From positions 27,032,001 through 27,096,000 of the forward strand of contig OX597824.1 of NCBI GenBank assembly GCA_951406725.2: a stretch of 64,000 nt of DNA. The letters run 5' to 3'. Within the stretch, counting starts at the first letter, position 1; the number at the start of each line of letters is the position of its first letter. The position numbers were made by a program, and so were the translations under genes. The stretch comes from Octopus vulgaris. Taxonomy: Eukaryota. The notes below the pieces were generated by a model. That model did no database searches and had not been told where the DNA came from. It saw only the letters and a list, made by a program, of their open reading frames with translations. This document shows positions 55,505 through 64,000 of the stretch, piece by piece.

Positions 55505-56250
55505 TGAAGGCGCGTGGCTTAGTGGTTAGGCTAATTCGGCTCGCGATCGTGAGGGCGTGAGTTCGATATCCGGCGGGGCGTTTTGTCCTTGAGCAAAGAA
55601 ATTTACATCACGATTCTCCACTCGACTCAGCTGGCAAAAATGAGCTGTACTGGTAATTCAAAGGGCCACCCTTGTCACATTCTTTACCACCCTGAATCAC
55701 TGAGAGAACTACGTTTAGGTACGTGTTTCTGAGGAGTGCTCTGTCCCTTGTACTCTTTACCCTTTTGCTTGTTTCACTCATTTGACTGCGGCCATGCTGG
55801 AGCACCGCATTTAGTCGAGAAAATCGACCCCAGGACTTATTCTTTGTAAACCTAGTACTTATTCTATCGTTCACGTTTGCCGAACCGCTAAGTTACGGGG
55901 ATGTAAACACACCAGCATCAGTTGTCAAGCGATGTTGGCGGAGGACAAACACAGAAACACAAACATATACACACACGTACATATATGCATATATACCTAT
56001 ATACGGCGGGCTGCTTTTCAGTTTCCGTCTACCAAATCCACTCACAAGGCTTTGGTCGGCCCGGGGCTACAGTAGAAGACACTTGTCCAAGGTGCCACGC
56101 AGTGGGACTGAACCCGGAACCATGTGGTTTGTAAGCAAGTAAATTTACCACACAGCCACTCCTACGCCTTTGTACGTTAATTTCATGAGCAAACTGTTCG
56201 GTTGACCGGGTCACATGGGACACACGTCATCGAAACCGACGGAGTGACAG
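55505..56250 (+). mobile_element. CORE-headed SINE with a third tail type, host of the A insertion; related copy at 48020-48357(-)
   Basis: GAAGGCGCGTGGCTTAGTGGTTAGG head. Tail CAAAGGGCCA..TGTCAC..GGAGTGCTC..TTGTACGTTAATTTC is shared with the reverse complement of 48040-48195. Confidence 0.78.
55754..56169 (-). mobile_element. SINE family A, full length, nested in a CORE-headed SINE, with 6-bp TSD TTGTAC
   Basis: Reverse complement of family A. TTGTAC occurs at 55748-55753 and 56170-56175. Confidence 0.9.
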
Positions 56251-56549
56251 TTTCTTCAAAGGCCCTGTAGGGTACGTAACCTAATAATAACTTTATAAAG
56301 TAGTGTGATTTGCTTTTGAGCTTCTGTAGTTGCCAGATTTAGATCTGACTACGCCCTAAGGCATGTAAATAAAACTTAGAGGTCTAATATCTAAAAAAAA
56401 ACTTACATAGGAAAAATTCAAATCTCCGAGTTATTGGTAATTAATAATATAATTGTTATTGTCTTGGAGCCCATGTAGATTGTGAAGTGCTAAGGCGTGA
56501 CTGTCTTAGTTTCCGTTTGAGGTATTAACCACGCGGGTGAGAATTTCTA

Positions 56550-57094
<545 letters not shown>

Positions 57095-57918
57095 CAATAT
57101 AATTTATGCATATTAAATGTAATATACACAGTTTATGCATGCAAATATATACATGTATATATTTTTATGTACACACATTTATATATATATATTTGTGTGT
57201 GTGTGTGTTTGTACGTACGTATGTATATGTATAGATGTATGGATATACGTGCATATATGTATATGTACATATGCATATATATATATATGTACCTATACAT
57301 ATATATGTATATATTTATGTGTAAGTGTGTGTGTATGTGTGTGTATGTGCGTGCGCGCACACACACACAAACACAAACACACACACACACACTCTGATAG
57401 ACATAGGCTGTATATGTATATATTTTCTGTGTGCACCTCAATTTTGGTGAGCCCTTTCATGAGACTGCCTTCCCATCAAAACACCTGTTGCTGCCTAACA
57501 CCTGTAAGCCCCACTCACAATTAGATAACATTAAAATTGATGTTCGTCTGTCTTTACGTTCTGAGTTAAAATTCCGCTGAGGTCGACTATGCCTTTCATC
57601 CTTTCAGGGTTGATAAATTAAGTACCAGTTATGTACAGAGGTCGATCTAATCGACTAGCCCCCTTACCCCAAAATTTCGGGCCTTGTGCCTAGATTAGAA
57701 AAGCATATTAGAATTGATTATCTTGATATTCATACCATTTCTTCTAATTTATCGTAAGAAATCTTAACCCTTCCATTGCCCTTTTATTACCCAAAATACA
57801 CCCGCAATTATTTGAAATAAGTTCTAAAGTAAAAATGTATTTAATTTCAAAAATACATAATTTTAAACTGAATGTATAAAACACTTGTGACTTTCATATT
57901 TATTGAAATATTAAATTT

Positions 57919-57953
<35 letters not shown>

Positions 57954-58279
57954 TCTCTCACACATACTTGCGGCCAAAGGAATCTATTACATATTTTTGT
58001 GTCATAATTAAATTAATCACAGGTGAGTAAAGATTAAATCTGAAATTAAAAAAAATTTATTTAAATGTTGCTTAAATTTTATATAACAACGTCATAAAAG
58101 GACGTATTAACCCTTATTTATATCTCAGCAAGACGGTGAGGTGGCACAAACGTTAACACAGCAGACAACGGTCTTAACAGCATTTCTTTCAGCTTCACAT
58201 TCTGAGATTCGACTTTCACTTTCATTCTTTCGGGGTCGACGAAATAAGTACGAGTTACATTGTGCTTATTGCAGAAAGG

Positions 58280-58338
<59 letters not shown>

Positions 58339-58525
58339 CATTATAAATTTTATTGTTGTTGTTTTTGTTGTTGTTCTGTTGTTGTTGTTGTTCTTCTTCT
58401 TCTTCTTCCGCTTCTTCTTCTTCTTCTTCTTCTTCTTGTTATATACATATATATTATTATTATTACTATAGTCATTATATATATTCATATATATACATAT
58501 ATACGTATATATATGTATACATATA

Positions 58526-58569
<44 letters not shown>

Positions 58570-58824
58570 TATATATATTATACACATATATATATACATA
58601 CATATATACATATATATACATATATATATATATATATGTATATATATGTATATATAAAACCAAGTGTATAATAATATATGATGGATAATTGTCAAGAGCC
58701 TGATTCCACCTGAATCCTTATTTTACTATATATATACATATACGCACGCACAAACACGCACACACATACACACACGCAAAAACACACACTTACACACACA
58801 CACACACATATATATATATACAAC

Positions 58825-58860
<36 letters not shown>

Positions 58861-58992
58861 CATATATACATATATACGTATATATACTTATACATAACAA
58901 CGTATTTACATGTGTATGCAGTATATATATAACGTAAATGCGTACTCATAAACACACGCACACATCTCTCTCTCTCTCTCTCTCTCTTTCGC

Positions 58993-59116
<124 letters not shown>

Positions 59117-59328
59117 TCTCTCTCCCTACACACACACACAGACACACACACACACACTACTGCGTCTGGGGAGAGTTATTCGATTTCCACTCATTTACCT
59201 ATATATTTTTTTGTAAAATAAATAAGAATCTTGCAAACCAAATCCCCAAACGAAATATATACATAATTTCTGCGAACATTATACATGTATGTATGCATGT
59301 TTGCCTGTAAGCATGCATATACGTATGC

Positions 59329-59361
<33 letters not shown>

Positions 59362-59363
59362 TG

Positions 59364-59453
<90 letters not shown>

Positions 59454-59954
59454 CATGTAATCTTTAATACATCCCCACTTTTATATTTATGGCACTGGTG
59501 CTGCCGGACCGAAAAACCTATGTAAACAATTACAATATTGTTTACATACCCGTAAAGTCAGGGTATGTCTCAGAATTACCCTCCCGACTGTTGTATGTTA
59601 CACCTGAATTATAAAACTTCGTAGAATTTGCCATTAAATTAGCGAATAAATTTTGAAAATAAATATGTCTGCAGTTTATTTTCGGGGTCACTGGAATCAA
59701 TCTGATTCCCTCTAAGGACGTAACCTACTCCCAAATAATGGATTTATTTGGCATGAGCGATTTTCTGGGGCAATCTCAATGAGACTTCTAAGATGTCGAA
59801 GAGAGTGCAGACAGGTTAGAATAAAATTTAATAAAATATTTGCGCTTGGATATGAAATGAATGTGAAACGTGAGCCGGCTTATTTCACATACTCAGGTTA
59901 GAGTGCATGCCTGCATATTTATATACTTATATATATATATATGTAAGTGGGTGG

Positions 59955-60002
<48 letters not shown>

Positions 60003-60139
60003 GTATATATATGACAGTTATATGTATAAACTATATAATAATATATACAAATATACATATAAGTACATGTGTTGAAACACACAGTCTCATATACAGACAC
60101 ATGCAGAAACACATATACACATGTATGTACATATTAATG

Positions 60140-60191
<52 letters not shown>

Positions 60192-60299
60192 GTATATGCT
60201 TATAAATATGTAAGTGTTCACATACATATATATAAGTATATATATGTGTGTGTGTGCATATATATATATGTATATGTATATGTATATGTAAACATTGGT

Positions 60300-60336
<37 letters not shown>

Positions 60337-60392
60337 TCATTTTTTTTCTCTAGTTTCAGCTCAGAGCCGCGGCCATGCTGATGCACCACCGT

Positions 60393-60425
<33 letters not shown>

Positions 60426-60699
60426 TATATATATATAACATATTGCTAAAAATACAATAACCAAAATCCCTTGAACGGTGACACAGAGGCCATTGGCGTG
60501 AGGTAGTTTAGATGCTGATTTTATAAAGATAAGCAATGAATGCTGCGACATCTGGTGGTAATAGGGCTGAACTAACAGTTTCTTGATAATTGTTTTAATG
60601 GACATAATCCTTTATGTGTGTCTATACATTTATGCATGCATGTGTGTATGTACGCATAATGGCGTTTGCATGTACATATGTAGTTATATATACATATAT

Positions 60700-60772
<73 letters not shown>

Positions 60773-61171
60773 TATAGATATGCATATATACATATGTAAA
60801 TATATGTGGATGTATATGTATATATATATGTGTGTAAGTGTGTGTGTATGCGCTTACATACAGATCTGAATACATACATTCATATTTGTGTAATCATAGC
60901 GTGTCGCTTATATGCATGCATGGCCATGATACACAAACACACACACACACACACACACACACATATTGCTGTGTGTCTCTGATTTAACGCTTTCCGACCG
61001 ATGTTGCTGTGTTTACGTCCCTGTAACTTAGCAGTTCAGCGGTAGACACCGATAGAATAAATACCAGTTTTACAATGAATGAGTCCTGGGGGCGATTTGC
61101 TCGACTAAAGGCAGTACTCCAAATATGGCTACAGTCAAATAACTGAAACAAGTAAAAGAATAAAAGAATAG

Positions 61172-61210
<39 letters not shown>

Positions 61211-61796
61211 CACACTTTCTGCATATTATATTTCCCTTACGTGTAGCATGCGTTGCAGTTATATAAGTACATACACCTAAGCCGTTTGTCTGTAAGTATA
61301 TACGTATGTTTGTATGTATGTGTGCATATGTGTGTAAGTATGTATGTATGCATGTATGTGTGTGTGTGTATGTGCGTGTGTATATATATATATATATATA
61401 TGTACTAAGAAGCAATGCATATATATACATATATAGATTTACAATTATACATATACAAATATAAATGTTCATATATATTTTATATTAATGTTTGTTTCCC
61501 AATCACAGGGTTCGGGTTCAGTCCCACTGCCTGGCACCTTGTGCAAGTGTCCCTGTAAACTAGCGGTTCTTCAAAAGAGTCGATAGAATTATCACTAGGC
61601 TTACAAAGAATAAGTCCTGGGGTCGACTAAAGGCGGTGCTCCAGCATGACCGCAGTGAAATGACTGAAACAAGTAAAAGAATGAACGAATGCAAGAATGT
61701 ATCTGTATATATAATTATGTATATACAGATATATTTATATATTTATATTAACACATACCTAAAGTGTAAAAATATACATACATACATAGACACATG

Positions 61797-62110
61797 TGGA
61801 GGCGAAATGGCCTAGTGGTGAGGGTAGCGGACTCGCGGTCGTAGGATCGCGGTTTCGATTCCCAGAGCGGGCGTTGTGAGTGTTTATTGAGCGAAAACAC
61901 CTAAAGCTCCACGAGGCTCCGGCAGGGGGTGGTTGCGATCCCTGCTGTACTCTTTCGCCACAACTTTCTCTCACTCTTTCTTCTGTTGGCCTGCTCGCTT
62001 AGCCAGCGGGGTGGCGTCATTTGAAGACTAAAACAATGCGAAGCGCATTGTGACCAGCGATGTGTAACAACATCTGATGGCCTGGTCGGTCACGGTGATC
62101 ACGGTGATCA
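61797..62110 (+). mobile_element. SINE family D, full length
   Basis: TGGCCTAGTGG A box, GGTTTCGATTCCC B box, body GTTTATTGAGCGAAAACACCTAAAGCTCCACGAGGCTCCGGCAGGGG, ending in (GGTGATCAC)2. Confidence 0.85.
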
Positions 62111-62531
62111 CATAGACACATATCAATGTATACATGTATGTATATACACAGACACATACATAAACCGAAACGACGCGTGTGTGATATAACAGATCAGCCC
62201 TACCACAGCACACACGCACACACACACACACAAATGGTAGTATGTAAGGTCCAATTAATTTTTGACGCGCGTACCAGAAGCGCCAGACATGTAATCATAG
62301 AATTTAATACCAATATCACATAGTATGATCGGAATAGATATTATTCACATACAATTACTGGCATCCACTAAAAACAGATATCGGTTTAGCACTCATTGTT
62401 CAGTATGTCAGTAGGTGTATTTGGTCTTGAAGTATGTAAAGAAGAAAAAGACCCTTAATTGAATATTACCTCCAAGAAGTAATGACAAATATTGCAGGAG
62501 TTGAATTTACGAGTGTGACTGTATGTGTGTG

Positions 62532-62585
<54 letters not shown>

Positions 62586-62592
62586 CATAAAG

Positions 62593-62711
<119 letters not shown>

Positions 62712-62751
62712 ATATACGCATACATATGTATCTGTATATATATATATATAA

Positions 62752-62794
<43 letters not shown>

Positions 62795-62957
62795 TATATG
62801 TAGATATATATTTGTATATATACAACTATTCGTACACACAAACGAATATAAGCGAGTATGTATATATAAATATACATACATTTATTTATACATTTCCGTA
62901 TATGTGTGCCTTTGTGTGTGTATGCGTCTGTATGTGTCTACTACTTATGCATGCATG

Positions 62958-63048
<91 letters not shown>

Positions 63049-63143
63049 GTATATATTGTGTATTAAAATGTTGATATCATGTTGCAATTAAACTGCGGAA
63101 ATATCCCAACGAATAGGCATTTAGTAATCGCACAACGCACAAT

Positions 63144-63238
<95 letters not shown>

Positions 63239-63292
63239 GTCTGTCTGTCTATCTATCTGTAAATACATGTATGTGTTGATAGATATAATAGA

Positions 63293-63324
<32 letters not shown>

Positions 63325-63621
63325 GTATATCTAAATATACAAATATATATAAATACATATATATATATATATATGTATATATATGTATATATATGCATGT
63401 ATATGTATATGTATATATATATGCATAAAGGGAGAATTCAAATATATATGTATATATATGTCTCTATATATATATATACAGATATATGTATATACAAGTA
63501 TATATTTATGTATATATATATGTATAAATATATATATATATATATGTATAAATGTATAAATATATATGTATATATATTTGTATATATATACATATATATA
63601 TATGCATACAGACATATATAC

Positions 63622-63653
<32 letters not shown>

Positions 63654-63782
63654 TTACATATAGATATACATAGATATATATATATACATACGTATATATA
63701 TGTACGTATATATAGCTATCTATGTATATACATATATGTATACTATACATACACAAATATACATATACATATATGCCCTCCT

Positions 63783-63813
<31 letters not shown>

Positions 63814-64000
63814 CATTAATTCATTCTTACATAAACATTAAATTTCTTTCTTCATCTTTTATCCTTGCAGCTGTTTTCTTCTTTTTGCTAAAAACAAAAA
63901 ACTCCATCTACCAAATAACATTTCACGTCGTGTGTACCCTTTGACATAACCCTCTAGGATTACCTGTATTTGTTACACATAATCCCCTAAAGGAGCAATT

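Noticed and set aside
60499-60520. let-7-like TGAGGTAGT
   Set aside because: Only 9 nt match and no precursor hairpin is visible.

Overview
Eukaryotic, gene-poor, very microsatellite-rich DNA. The repeat content strongly suggests an octopus (coleoid cephalopod) intron or intergenic region; this is my recognition, not a database result. No host protein-coding gene could be supported, and essentially all ORFs in the track are translated simple repeats. The window is a mosaic of (TA)n/(CA)n/(GATA)n/(TATG)n/(ATT)n/(GAT)n tracts and at least four tRNA-headed SINE groups, labelled A-D here, which are nested in each other and swap heads and tails. It also holds a full-length decayed DD41D (rosa/Visitor-type) Tc1/mariner transposon, mariner- and pogo-type MITEs, and RTE and HERO LINE 3' fragments. 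The most interesting signal is five dispersed ~150-220 bp elements whose 3' ends all run into (TA)n. Each carries a minimal hammerhead-ribozyme-like fold (stem I - CUG(U/C)NGA or CCGACGA - A - GAGC..GCUC - GAAAC-GUH - stem I) with a compensatory base-pair change in stem I and a non-canonical core, consistent with Penelope-like terminal repeats or a retrozyme-like family. Also notable: SINE-B copies joined to their targets at GGTAT/ATACC, including into their own family, and a modular head-by-tail SINE system.
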